Of a stretch of DNA of 64,000 nucleotides, positions 10,101-19,338 are shown piece by piece. The notes under the pieces are model-generated. The model saw nothing but the letters and a program-made list of their open reading frames with translations, ran no database searches and was not told where the DNA came from. Both the position numbers and the translations under genes were made by a program. Each line of letters opens with the position of its first letter. Position 1 is the stretch's first letter. The stretch spans positions 256,001 to 320,000 of the forward strand of contig CAWIGG010000004.1 of assembly GCA_963835575.1 (NCBI GenBank), written 5' to 3'. The stretch is from an uncultured Spirochaetota bacterium (GTDB lineage Bacteria; Spirochaetota; Brevinematia; Brevinematales; JAOACQ01).

Positions 10101-10601
10101 ATGAAAAAAATTAATAAGGAAAACCGGCTTGTTCAATTTTCAATTGATGGAATCATCATTACAATTGTCATTTTGAACAATATGATCCAGGGCATTGATA
10201 TCAACCTTCTCAAAAAGAACGCTAAAAAAATAAAATGCCCGAGAGCTTTTTTGCCTGTTTACAGGCAGTTCAACGACTATTTGCGGGGGAAAAGGGCTTC
10301 CATCGACATACCGTTGGATTTAAAAAAACTCACACCTTTTCAGAAAATGGTTTATAAGGCGGCCGTTAAGATCCCATATGGTAAGACGGCATCTTATCAG
10401 GATATCGCACTAAAAGTCGGCGGGAAAAAATACGCTAGGGCTGTCGGAATGGCGCTGGGCAGGAACCCATTCCCCATAATCATTCCATGCCACCGTGTTC
10501 TTTCCAAGAACGCCGACAGCCGTCATTTCGGCGGCTTCTCGAGCGGACTTGAACTTAAAAAAAAGCTCTTAATTATGGAAAATCCCAATATCTGGGAATA
10601 A
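10101..10601 (+). CDS. ogt: Methylated-DNA-protein-cysteine S-methyltransferase
   Basis: TPFQ..VY, IPYGKTASY, ARAVG, NPFPIIIPCHRV active site. Confidence 0.92.
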   Translation: MKKINKENRLVQFSIDGIIITIVILNNMIQGIDINLLKKNAKKIKCPRAFLPVYRQFNDYLRGKRASIDIPLDLKKLTPFQKMVYKAAVKIPYGKTASYQDIALKVGGKKYARAVGMALGRNPFPIIIPCHRVLSKNADSRHFGGFSSGLELKKKLLIMENPNIWE

Positions 10602-10627
10602 AGAAGAATAAAATTCGGGAGAGTGTT

Positions 10628-11344
10628 GTGTTTGTTTACGGCAGAAATTCAATAGAAGAAGCTCTAATAGATAGAATCCCTCTTAAGAAGATCATCATCG
10701 AACGCGGAAAGGAAATGAAGTTCGAAGGTCTGATCAGAAGGTTGAAGGAGTTGGGAATTCAGGTTTCCTATCAGCACGAAAGCCAGCTGAACCAGCTTTC
10801 CCGCTCTCAGAAGCATCAGGGCATCATCGGCGAGATGGAGCTTCCGGCCAATGTCATCGATGACGAAAATGCAGTCATCGACTGGTCTTCCATGAAAGCG
10901 CTCATAACACTGGACGGCATTACAGACACAGGCAACCTCGGCGCGCTGGTCCGCTCGGCGCTTATGTTTGATTTCGATGCCGTTGTCCTGCCCCGTGATA
11001 ACAGCGCCAGGATAACCCCGCAAACCATAAAAGCTTCCGCCGGGGCCGTTTACCGGCAGAAAATCATCTATATCAACAGCTTGAATAATTTTATGGAAGA
11101 AATAAAGACTGCCGGTTTCTTTATTTTCGGCCTTGCCGGTGAGGCAAAAGATTCCATCAAAGGGCTTGATTTTACGGAAAAAATTTGCTATATTATTGGC
11201 TCTGAAAAAAAAGGTATCCGGAAATCAGTGAAAAAAAAATGCGATAATCTTGTCCGAATACCCACAACAAGAAAAATCAACAGCCTGAACGCTTCCGTCT
11301 CAGGCGCCATTGCCATGTGGGAATATTACCGGAAAAACAGTTAA
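10628..11344 (+). CDS. rlmB: 23S rRNA Gm2251 2'-O-methyltransferase RlmB (TrmH/SPOUT family)
   Basis: VYGRN, HQGI, LDGITDTGNLGALVRSA, IGSEKKG, SLNASVS. Confidence 0.85.
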   Translation: MFVYGRNSIEEALIDRIPLKKIIIERGKEMKFEGLIRRLKELGIQVSYQHESQLNQLSRSQKHQGIIGEMELPANVIDDENAVIDWSSMKALITLDGITDTGNLGALVRSALMFDFDAVVLPRDNSARITPQTIKASAGAVYRQKIIYINSLNNFMEEIKTAGFFIFGLAGEAKDSIKGLDFTEKICYIIGSEKKGIRKSVKKKCDNLVRIPTTRKINSLNASVSGAIAMWEYYRKNS

Positions 11345-11424
11345 GAATTTGATTTTTTAAACCGATACTTTGTGCGGTAATTGGGGCTTTTTCGGGGGAA
11401 TTTACATTTCATAAAGGTAACTTT

Positions 11425-13425
11425 ATGAAAAAATTCACTCACAGCAGGCAATTAATGAATCTATCGTTTTTCAAGAACTCAAAAAAGAGACTGTTTTTGT
11501 CTATATTTTTGTGCTATATCTTTGTATCAATTATTGTTGTCTTCTCTTTTTATATTTTTGAGGATAGAACAACACTTCAAAATATTAAAGAGGATTCGGA
11601 TAGAATTTCGCAAAATCTCCGTCAGAACCTTATTTTACCGATCAGAAACCAGGACCTGTCCCTGATCAAAAAGAATCTGATGGCGGAATTTACCCAGAAG
11701 AATATCCAGGGCGCTGTCCTTAAAACCGTCAATTCAATCCAGGGAACAAATATTATCGCTATTATAAAAGAAAAGGATGGAAAGATAGTTGAATTTTCAT
11801 CTCTGGATTTTAGTAATTCCATTCCGATGTTTTCTTATGCCGATAAAAAAGACGTATTAAATGACAATCACTTTGTCGGATCTCTCGAAATTTATTCCAT
11901 GAACCGGCAGAAACAGCAAGGGACTATAAATTTTTCTTTATTACTTTTGGCGGAGCTTCTTATTCTGGGTACGGCGTTAATAGTTCTATTAATTAGAATT
12001 CTCGATAAAAGGATATGGCTTCCTCTGACAAACCTCAATGAAGCCATCATCAGTATTGCCAACAAGAATTTTTACGCCAGGGCAAATCACTATCATCCCA
12101 ATGACGAAATGGGTTTGATATATAAAAATTTTAATAATATGGCTGATACCCTCAAGGATTTTGTAGAGGAATCAACATCCCTTATCTGGACAGACATGGT
12201 GACAAACCTGCCCAACAGGGACAGGATCCTGATCGATATTGAAAGAACCGAAAAACCTTTGCTGATCCTGATCAATATAGATTTTTTCAAGGAAATCAAC
12301 GACTGTTACGGGAACAAGATCGGCGACCTGATATTGAAAGAAACGTCATACCGCCTTCAAAAACTGCAGGAAGAACTGCAATACCAGCTCTACCGGATGC
12401 CTGCCGATGAATTTGCCCTTCTTTTCGATAAAGAAATGGAAAAAGATAAATTGATCGGGATCGTTAAAATGCTCAGCAACATAATCAATGAAAAGCCTTT
12501 TGTATTGAACGGCCATGAGATCAATGTCCGCGTGACGCTCGGTATCGCACGGTGCGGCGACATACAGGATGAGCAGATTACCGAAGGAAAATGGAGAAGG
12601 CTTGCCACCAATGCCGATATGGCCCTGAAGCGCGCAAAACGGCACCAGAAAAACTTTATCATATACGACGAATCTATGGAAATACCTAAAGAATATGAAA
12701 ACAATATTATCTGGAAGCAAAAACTCAAAGACGCCATTCATCATCAGAGGATCATTCCGTTTTTCCAGCCGATTGTCAACAATACAAACGGCAAGGTCGA
12801 AAAATATGAAAGCCTGGTCCGCCTTATCGACAGGCAGGGGTCTGTCATACGGCCTCATCATTTTCTGGACCTGGCTAAAAAATCGCACCTCTATGATAAT
12901 ATCACAAGGGCCATGGTCACAAAATCATTTGCCACTTTTGAAGACCAGAACTATGATTTCTCCATCAACCTGACCGTCAATGACATTCTTGACGAGGAAA
13001 TTAACGGTTTTATAATGAAAGAGCTGGACAGAAATAAAGAACTGGCGGGCCGTGTTGTTTTTGAAATCCTGGAATCGGAAGGCATTGAAAATTATAAAGA
13101 AGTAATGATCTTTATTGAGGAAGTCAAAGACCTCGGCTGTAAAATAGCCATTGATGATTTCGGTTCCGGATACTCCAACTTTGAGCATATCATGCGCCTT
13201 GATGTGGATTATATCAAAATAGATTCCTCTCTGATAAAAAATCTGCCTTACGACAAAAACGCGCAGATAATCACAAAGACCATAGTCAATTTCGCGAAAG
13301 AATTGAAGCTCAAGACCATTTCGGAATTTGTCCATTCCCGAGAAGTATACGAAAAAAGCGTTGAACTCGGTGTCGATTATTCCCAGGGCTACTATTTCGG
13401 CGAACCAAAGGAATTCATTCTCTGA
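11425..13425 (+). CDS. Membrane HAMP-GGDEF(degenerate)-EAL c-di-GMP phosphodiesterase
   Basis: Two TM segments; HAMP (DEMGLIYKNFNNM); GGDEF signature replaced by PADEF; EAL motifs ESLVR, SINL, FEILESE, DDFGSGYS, IKID, QGYY. Confidence 0.88.
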   Translation: MKKFTHSRQLMNLSFFKNSKKRLFLSIFLCYIFVSIIVVFSFYIFEDRTTLQNIKEDSDRISQNLRQNLILPIRNQDLSLIKKNLMAEFTQKNIQGAVLKTVNSIQGTNIIAIIKEKDGKIVEFSSLDFSNSIPMFSYADKKDVLNDNHFVGSLEIYSMNRQKQQGTINFSLLLLAELLILGTALIVLLIRILDKRIWLPLTNLNEAIISIANKNFYARANHYHPNDEMGLIYKNFNNMADTLKDFVEESTSLIWTDMVTNLPNRDRILIDIERTEKPLLILINIDFFKEINDCYGNKIGDLILKETSYRLQKLQEELQYQLYRMPADEFALLFDKEMEKDKLIGIVKMLSNIINEKPFVLNGHEINVRVTLGIARCGDIQDEQITEGKWRRLATNADMALKRAKRHQKNFIIYDESMEIPKEYENNIIWKQKLKDAIHHQRIIPFFQPIVNNTNGKVEKYESLVRLIDRQGSVIRPHHFLDLAKKSHLYDNITRAMVTKSFATFEDQNYDFSINLTVNDILDEEINGFIMKELDRNKELAGRVVFEILESEGIENYKEVMIFIEEVKDLGCKIAIDDFGSGYSNFEHIMRLDVDYIKIDSSLIKNLPYDKNAQIITKTIVNFAKELKLKTISEFVHSREVYEKSVELGVDYSQGYYFGEPKEFIL

Positions 13426-13482
13426 AACGAACATTATTTTCATACTCATTCATGTTTAAAGATAATTTGGAAAATTGGGTAA

Positions 13483-13619
13483 TCCGCTAATTCACGCGAA
13501 TTGGATCAAATAAAATGAAAATCCGCCGATGCATGCTAAACGCCAAGAAACAAGAATTGAAATAAGGGTAGAATAATAATAAAACATTTTATTAGCGTTC
13601 ATTCGCGTGGCTTCGCGGA
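13483..13619. repeat. Short non-coding element with ~35-bp imperfect terminal inverted repeats (MITE/REP-like)
   Basis: Left arm TCCGCTAATTCACGCGAAT...AATAAAATG (13483-13517). Right arm CATTTTATT...ATTCGCGTGGCTTCGCGGA (13585-13619). Outer 19 bp match 16/19 and inner 9 bp match 9/9. Confidence 0.7.
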
Positions 13620-13700
13620 AGATTAAACAGTTATTAAAGCGGAACTACCTTTATTCGCTCGTTAAAAACCTTTTAATAACCATATTGTCATTTCAATAAC

Positions 13701-13729
13701 TTGACAAAATCAAGGTTTTTCCCTAAAAT
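13701..13729 (+). promoter_or_regulatory. Sigma70-type promoter of the rpsF operon
   Basis: TTGACA-N17-TAAAAT. Confidence 0.8.
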
Positions 13730-13738
13730 CTCTACCTA

Positions 13739-13790
13739 TCCTTCCTGCTACTACGCAGGCGTGCCGTTAGGCAATTAGTCCATAAGGAGG
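13739..13790 (+). promoter_or_regulatory. Putative S6:S18 autoregulatory leader RNA
   Basis: TCCTT pairs with the SD (AAGGA). Internal hairpins CCTGC/GCAGG and TGCC/GGCA. Unpaired CC (13780-13781) just before the SD, as in the rpsF leader motif. Confidence 0.6.
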
Positions 13791-13795
13791 AAAAA

Positions 13796-14086
13796 ATGGT
13801 CAGAAAGTATGAGATCGCCTTTGTTATTAAAGAAGGCGAGATCGCCAAAGCAACAGTCGAAAGGATAAAAGAGTACTTTTCAAAACTCAAGGCGAAAGTT
13901 CTGAAAGAAACCGACATGGGTACACGTCAGTTAGCCTATCCGATCCACCGGAACCGGGAAGATTTCAAAAAAGCTTTCTATTTCATCGCGAATGTGGAAA
14001 TGGATACAAAACATATCCCTGAATTTGAACGGCTCATGAAGTTCGATGAAGATGTGATCCGTCATATGCTCCTTGTTGGAGAATAA
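13796..14086 (+). CDS. rpsF: 30S ribosomal protein S6
   Basis: RKYEIAFV, MGTRQLAYPI, DEDVIRHML; position in the operon. Confidence 0.93.
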   Translation: MVRKYEIAFVIKEGEIAKATVERIKEYFSKLKAKVLKETDMGTRQLAYPIHRNREDFKKAFYFIANVEMDTKHIPEFERLMKFDEDVIRHMLLVGE

Positions 14087-14087
14087 A

Positions 14088-14576
14088 ATGAGCTGGGATA
14101 TCAATAAAGTTATCCTTGTCGGAAGACTTTCCGGAGACGTCGAACTCAAATATATTCCCAGCGGCACGGCGGTAGCCCGTTTCGGCATTGCGGTCGGCGG
14201 AAAGCCGAAAACCGACGGGGCCGACAGCGTTTCTTTTTTCAATGTTGTTGTCTGGGGCAAACCAGCGGAAAACTGCAGTAATTATCTTTCAAAAGGAAAG
14301 CAGATTGCCCTCGACGGCAGGCTTGAACAGCGCAGCTGGACGGCTCAGGACGGTTCAAAGAGAAGCGTTGTGGAAATCATAGCCGATAGAGTGGAATTTC
14401 TGGGTTCTCCAACGGGCGCGAAAGCAGGGACCGGAGCGGCTCAAAATCAGGGCGCCGCTAAAACTGAAACTGCCACTTTTGAAGATAATTTTTATGATAA
14501 TACTGATTTCAATCCGGCGCCAGTCGATCCTGATTTTAAAACTGAGAGTAATAATAGCGAAGAACCCAATTTCTAA
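14088..14576 (+). CDS. ssb: Single-stranded DNA-binding protein
   Basis: [32 protein letters not shown]; acidic tail ending EEPNF. Start at ATG 14088. Confidence 0.95.
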   Translation: MSWDINKVILVGRLSGDVELKYIPSGTAVARFGIAVGGKPKTDGADSVSFFNVVVWGKPAENCSNYLSKGKQIALDGRLEQRSWTAQDGSKRSVVEIIADRVEFLGSPTGAKAGTGAAQNQGAAKTETATFEDNFYDNTDFNPAPVDPDFKTESNNSEEPNF

Positions 14577-14602
14577 TTAAGCAAGAAGAAAGGAGAAAAG
14601 TT

Positions 14603-14998
14603 ATGTCTGAAGAAACAAAGATTGAAAACCCTGATGCGATAGAGCCTGAAGCGGCCGTAGTTCCCGAAATGCCTGAAGCGGCTGTAGCTCCTGATATGCC
14701 TGAACCGGCTGCCATAGATGTAGTGGAAATAAAGAAATTTAAAGAAGGGGCTCCCGCAGGCGGACAGGATAGGAAGAAATTCTTTTATACAAAGAAAGTA
14801 TGCAAATACTGCACACGGCAGATAGAAGAAAAAGCGATCGATTATAAAAACATAGATTTGCTCAAGCGTTATGTTATGCCGAGCGGAAAGATTCTTCCCA
14901 GAAGAATCAGCGGCAACTGCGCGAAGCATCAGAGAAAGATCGTAACGGAAATAAAAAAAGCACGGATTATAGCTTTACTTCCCTTTCTGGACAGATAA
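14603..14998 (+). CDS. rpsR: 30S ribosomal protein S18 (zinc-binding form) with an acidic repetitive N-terminal extension
   Basis: [39 protein letters not shown]. Confidence 0.95.
   Translation: MSEETKIENPDAIEPEAAVVPEMPEAAVAPDMPEPAAIDVVEIKKFKEGAPAGGQDRKKFFYTKKVCKYCTRQIEEKAIDYKNIDLLKRYVMPSGKILPRRISGNCAKHQRKIVTEIKKARIIALLPFLDR
14644..14717 (+). repeat. 27-bp tandem repeat (about 2.7 copies) inside the rpsR 5' extension
   Basis: GCCTGAAGCGGCCGTAGTTCCCGAAAT / GCCTGAAGCGGCTGTAGCTCCTGATAT / GCCTGAACCGGCTGCC..., encoding [23 protein letters not shown]. Confidence 0.85.
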
Positions 14999-15009
14999 GA
15001 GGGATAAGA

Positions 15010-15867
15010 GTGGAATTCTCCTTTTTCTGGATTCTGCTTTCATTATCAGGCTATGCCGCCTTTTATTGCGGGCAGTTCCTGCTGAAACCGGTCTTGAAAA
15101 AAAAGGAGGTCCTTTATTTACTGCTTTTTTTATCAGCCGGTGTGATTTTTTTTATTCCTGTATTAGGCGCTGTTTTATTAGTTAATTTTACAGCCGTTTT
15201 TTTATTCCGGCATGTTTTAAGAAATAAAAAAAGACTCTATACCGGTTTATTGGTTTTTTTCCTAATAATACTGGTTGTGTTCTGCTTGTTTTATCTGCCC
15301 CGGGCGGATAAAATATGGATGATTTTGAATGAGAAAATTACTATCTGGATTAAACCGGTTCTGGCATTCATGTTCCGGTTCATGGAAGTTTTTTATGTGG
15401 CGGAATATTTCCGTTATATTTATCCGCCGGTTCTGACAGCCGGGGCGGCTTTGTTTTTTTATTTTACACTGGACAAACACCCGAAAAGCTTTCTGGGCCG
15501 GTTTCTGGGCCGGTTTGATCATAAGCTGGTTTTTGCTTTAATCGGGTTCTGGATCGTGTTCGGGGTTTTTGAGTTTTTGATCGATTTTTATAAAATTAAG
15601 ACCGGTTATTTGTTTTTTATAGAAACAGGAATTTTAAATATCTGTCTTTATTTTTCTTTTTTTTATATGATTTATGGTTTCTTATTATTGCTCTATTTCC
15701 TAAAAAAAAAGGGAGTGCTGTATTTAATATCCTTCCCGGTTATTATCGGGAGCCTGATCATTTCCGGGGGATTTATACTTTATTTACTCATACTTTTATT
15801 GGGGATAGGAGTTTCGGATATCTGGATGGATTATACAAAAAAGAGAATAAAAATACGTCCTGTTTGA
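15010..15867 (+). CDS. Polytopic membrane protein (DUF2232/YybS-like position)
   Basis: Highly hydrophobic; C-terminal LGIGVSDIWMDY.K; lies between rpsR and rplI like YybS/DUF2232. Confidence 0.65.
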   Translation: MEFSFFWILLSLSGYAAFYCGQFLLKPVLKKKEVLYLLLFLSAGVIFFIPVLGAVLLVNFTAVFLFRHVLRNKKRLYTGLLVFFLIILVVFCLFYLPRADKIWMILNEKITIWIKPVLAFMFRFMEVFYVAEYFRYIYPPVLTAGAALFFYFTLDKHPKSFLGRFLGRFDHKLVFALIGFWIVFGVFEFLIDFYKIKTGYLFFIETGILNICLYFSFFYMIYGFLLLLYFLKKKGVLYLISFPVIIGSLIISGGFILYLLILLLGIGVSDIWMDYTKKRIKIRPV

Positions 15868-15880
15868 AAAGGAGGGTTCC

Positions 15881-16321
15881 ATGAAAGTCATTCTACTTGA
15901 TAATGTCGTCGGGCTCGGCAGAGCGGGCGATATAAAAAATGTAAAAGACGGATTTGCCAGAAATTATCTTCTTCCGCAAAAATTAGTCGAACTCGCTACA
16001 AAAAGCAAGGAAAAACATCTGCAGAAAATCACGGCAAGACTTATGGAAAAGGCCAAGAAATACTTTGATGACGCTGTCGTTCTTAAAGAGCAGATTGAAA
16101 AAGAAGAAATAGAAATCCACGCGAAAGCCGGCGAAGAAGGAAAGCTTTTCGGATCCATCACCAATACGGATTTATCCAGGATTTTAAAGGAAAAGGGCTT
16201 CGATATCGACAAAAAGAAAATTCTTCTGGATCATATTAAAGAAATCGGAGAGCATACTGCCAGGATCAAGCTTGATGAAGGCGTCATTGCCGGTATCAAA
16301 ATAAACGTTATAGCTGAATAA
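15881..16321 (+). CDS. rplI: 50S ribosomal protein L9
   Basis: MKVILLDNVVGLG, VKDGFARNYLLP, GKLFGSIT. Confidence 0.96.
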   Translation: MKVILLDNVVGLGRAGDIKNVKDGFARNYLLPQKLVELATKSKEKHLQKITARLMEKAKKYFDDAVVLKEQIEKEEIEIHAKAGEEGKLFGSITNTDLSRILKEKGFDIDKKKILLDHIKEIGEHTARIKLDEGVIAGIKINVIAE

Positions 16322-16323
16322 TT

Positions 16324-17724
16324 ATGGCTGTAGACGATCTCTTAAAAAGGATTCCTCCCAACAACATGGAGGCGGAACAGTCCTGCATCGGGGCTATGCT
16401 GATGTCAAAAACCGCTATTTCAGCGATTCAGGAAGTTTTAAGAGACGACGATTTTTTTGATGAAAAAAACAGGACCATTTATAAATCAATAGATGAGCTG
16501 AGCGAAAAAAACCTCCCTGTCGACGCGGTCAGCGTTTCTGAAAGGCTGTCATCAGCGGGCCTGCTTCAGAAAATCGGCGGAAGCGCCTATCTCGCGAAGC
16601 TGATCGAAAATGTCCCATCGCTGTCCAATGTTCAATATCATGCGCGGATCGTTCTGGAAAAATCCATGCTGAGGGAACTGATTAATTCCGCCAGGACAAT
16701 TATCGATAATGTTTATGAAAACCAGTCCGATGTCGAGAAAATTTCCGATGAGGCGGAACGTCTGATTTTTGACGTGACTAACCGGAAGCTCCGTTCAAAT
16801 TACAGACTGCTTAAGGAAATCCTGTCGGAAACGCTTAAAGGCATCGAACGCGTAGCGCATTCCAAGCATATCTATACAGGCCTCCCCACCGGTTTTACGG
16901 ATTTTGACGACAAAACAAGCGGTCTGCAGGACGGGGACCTGATCGTTATCGCCTCCAGGCCTTCAATGGGAAAAACAGCGCTTGCCCTTAATATTGCGGC
17001 AAATATTGCAAAAATGAAGGAAGAAAACGCAGTCATTGTCTTTTCGCTCGAAATGTCGTTCCAGGAACTCGTTCTCAGAATGCTTTCCGGCGAGTCCCGC
17101 ATTGATATGCAGAGGCTGCGTAAAGGCCAGCTCAACGCGCCGACCGGGGAATGGGACCATCTTGTACACGCCGCTGGAGTGCTTTCACGCATGAAAATTC
17201 TCGTGGACAATACGCCAGCCATATCACTCAATGAAATCAGGGCCAAAGCCAGGCGCGTCAAATCGAAATACGGAATCAAGCTCATCATCATCGACCACCT
17301 GCAGCTTGTCACTACCGTGGATTCAAATAAAATGATTGTCAACAGAAACAATGAAATATCTTACATATCAAGAAGCCTGAAGGCTTTAGCAAAGGAACTC
17401 GGTATTCCGATAATAGTATTATCGCAGCTTTCCAGAAAAGTGGATGAACGGGGCGGCGACCATAAACCGATCCTCTCCGACTTGAGGGAATCCGGCGCTA
17501 TTGAACAGGACGCCGATATCGTCGCTTTTCTCTACCGCGAGGAATATTACAAGAAAGACAGTGATAAAATAGGGCGTGCCGAACTTCTACTTCAAAAGCA
17601 GAGGAACGGCCCTACGGGCGATATCCAGCTGGCTTTCAGTAAAGAAACTGTCCGATTTGACAACCTGGATATTCATTCTGTATATCTCGAAGCGCAGAAC
17701 GCTCCGGCCGAAGAGGAATTTTAG
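16324..17724 (+). CDS. dnaB: Replicative DNA helicase DnaB
   Basis: PPNNMEAEQ, Walker A ASRPSMGKT, FSLEM, LSQLSR, LSDLRESGAIEQDAD, KQRNGPTG; no intein seen. Confidence 0.97.
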   Translation: MAVDDLLKRIPPNNMEAEQSCIGAMLMSKTAISAIQEVLRDDDFFDEKNRTIYKSIDELSEKNLPVDAVSVSERLSSAGLLQKIGGSAYLAKLIENVPSLSNVQYHARIVLEKSMLRELINSARTIIDNVYENQSDVEKISDEAERLIFDVTNRKLRSNYRLLKEILSETLKGIERVAHSKHIYTGLPTGFTDFDDKTSGLQDGDLIVIASRPSMGKTALALNIAANIAKMKEENAVIVFSLEMSFQELVLRMLSGESRIDMQRLRKGQLNAPTGEWDHLVHAAGVLSRMKILVDNTPAISLNEIRAKARRVKSKYGIKLIIIDHLQLVTTVDSNKMIVNRNNEISYISRSLKALAKELGIPIIVLSQLSRKVDERGGDHKPILSDLRESGAIEQDADIVAFLYREEYYKKDSDKIGRAELLLQKQRNGPTGDIQLAFSKETVRFDNLDIHSVYLEAQNAPAEEEF

Positions 17725-17734
17725 GGGAAAAAAA

Positions 17735-18508
17735 ATGGATAAATTGAGGGCTTTTTTCCTTGATCTGGGCAAATTTACGCTTTTTTCGCTTGAGGCAATC
17801 CGTTATATCCCACGCAATATTGTAAAGCCTTCCGAAACAATCCGTAATATTATCATGATCGGCGTGCAGTCTGTACCTGTTGTGCTCATTACCGGCCTCT
17901 TTATGGGACTCATCATGGGCCTCCAATTGGGCGATGCCATGGAGTCAACTATTGCCGGTACGGCACAGTACATCAGCGGCGCTCTTTCAGTCAGCATGCT
18001 TAAAGAAATCGGCCCGGTTTTCACATCCCTGATCGTCGTCAGCAGGGTCTGCTCCTCTGTAACGGCGCAGATCGGAACGATGAAAGTAACGGAACAGATA
18101 GATGCCCTGAAAACATTCGCGGTCAATCCCATCGGTTTTCTGGTCAGTCCGAGGCTTCTTGCCGGAATTATTTCCCTGCCTATCCTGGGCTTTTTGTCCA
18201 TACTATTTTCCATGATAGGCGCCTGGCTGATGATCACAACAATCTATGATATTCCGACTCCCGTATTTCTGGAGGTCGCTCAAATCCCCTTGAAGCTGAA
18301 ATACATCTTTGAATCTTTTAGTAAAATGATGGTCATCGGGGGATTTATGCTTCTTGTCAGTACATACTGCGGGTTTGAAACAAAAGGCGGCGCCGCCGGT
18401 GTAGGTGAAGCGACAATCCGTTCCGTTGTAGTGAGCAGTTTTCTTGTAATACTATTGGACTATATTTTAGGCACCATATTTATTATGTTCACAGGCGGGA
18501 CACTCTGA
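17735..18508 (+). CDS. mlaE: MlaE-family ABC permease (lipid asymmetry/MCE system)
   Basis: KEIGPVFTSL, AQIGTMKVTEQIDAL, GGAAGVGEAT. Start at ATG 17735 after the dnaB stop. Confidence 0.9.
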   Translation: MDKLRAFFLDLGKFTLFSLEAIRYIPRNIVKPSETIRNIIMIGVQSVPVVLITGLFMGLIMGLQLGDAMESTIAGTAQYISGALSVSMLKEIGPVFTSLIVVSRVCSSVTAQIGTMKVTEQIDALKTFAVNPIGFLVSPRLLAGIISLPILGFLSILFSMIGAWLMITTIYDIPTPVFLEVAQIPLKLKYIFESFSKMMVIGGFMLLVSTYCGFETKGGAAGVGEATIRSVVVSSFLVILLDYILGTIFIMFTGGTL

Positions 18509-19332
18509 TGCCGAATAAAAAAGTGGAAGTTTATTCTCTCAGCAAAACTCTTAATAAGAAAAAGGTGCTGGATGGCGTCGATCTGGAGATATTTGAAGGG
18601 GAAACCTTTGCCATCATAGGCCAGAGCGGTGTCGGAAAAAGCGTTTTGATCAAGCATATTATCGGATTAATGTCGCCTGACAAAGGAGAAATATATATTG
18701 ACGGCGAGAAAATAAATTATGACGATGCCGAAGAAGCCGATAAAATCCGGAGGAAGTTCGGTATGCTCTTCCAGGGAGGGGCTTTGTTTGATTCCCTTAC
18801 AGTCGGGGAAAATATTCTTTTTGCCCTGGACCATCTACGCCCCGAATTGACGGAGAACGAAAAACAGGAAAAAATGCTCCGGTCGCTTGAACTGGTGGAA
18901 CTGCCTGGAATAGCAGACCTGATGATCTCTTCGCTCTCAGGCGGGATGATGAAGCGCGTCGCTCTTGCGAGGGCCATTGTCGCCGAACCTTCAATCGTGC
19001 TTTTCGATGAGCCGACAACCGGTCTTGATCCGATAACCACCGCCAATATAAATGAATTGATCATCAGCCTGAAAAAGAAACTGAATACAACATTTATTCT
19101 GGTTACTCATGATATTAAAAGCGCTAAATATGTGTCAGACCGGATCGGTATGCTTTATAAAGGGAAAATGATTTTTGTCGGAACACCGAAAAAGCTTGAA
19201 AAAACGGACAATCCTTATGTTCAGCAGTTCATCCAGGGAAAATATGAAGGACCTATCACCGAAGATTATAACACCATGATAGAGGGAATTTTAAAGAGTT
19301 CCGTTCAAATAAAAAGAAATGAAGTGAGGTGA
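18508..19332 (+). CDS. mlaF: MlaF-family ABC ATPase
   Basis: GQSGVGKS, FQGGALFDSL, LSGGM, DEPTTGLDP, VTHD. Confidence 0.92.
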   Translation: MPNKKVEVYSLSKTLNKKKVLDGVDLEIFEGETFAIIGQSGVGKSVLIKHIIGLMSPDKGEIYIDGEKINYDDAEEADKIRRKFGMLFQGGALFDSLTVGENILFALDHLRPELTENEKQEKMLRSLELVELPGIADLMISSLSGGMMKRVALARAIVAEPSIVLFDEPTTGLDPITTANINELIISLKKKLNTTFILVTHDIKSAKYVSDRIGMLYKGKMIFVGTPKKLEKTDNPYVQQFIQGKYEGPITEDYNTMIEGILKSSVQIKRNEVR

Positions 19333-19338
19333 TCTTAT

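Noticed and set aside
17576..17734. N-terminal extension of MlaE overlapping dnaB
   Set aside because: ORF-caller artefact; ATG 17735 just after the dnaB stop gives a normal-length MlaE.
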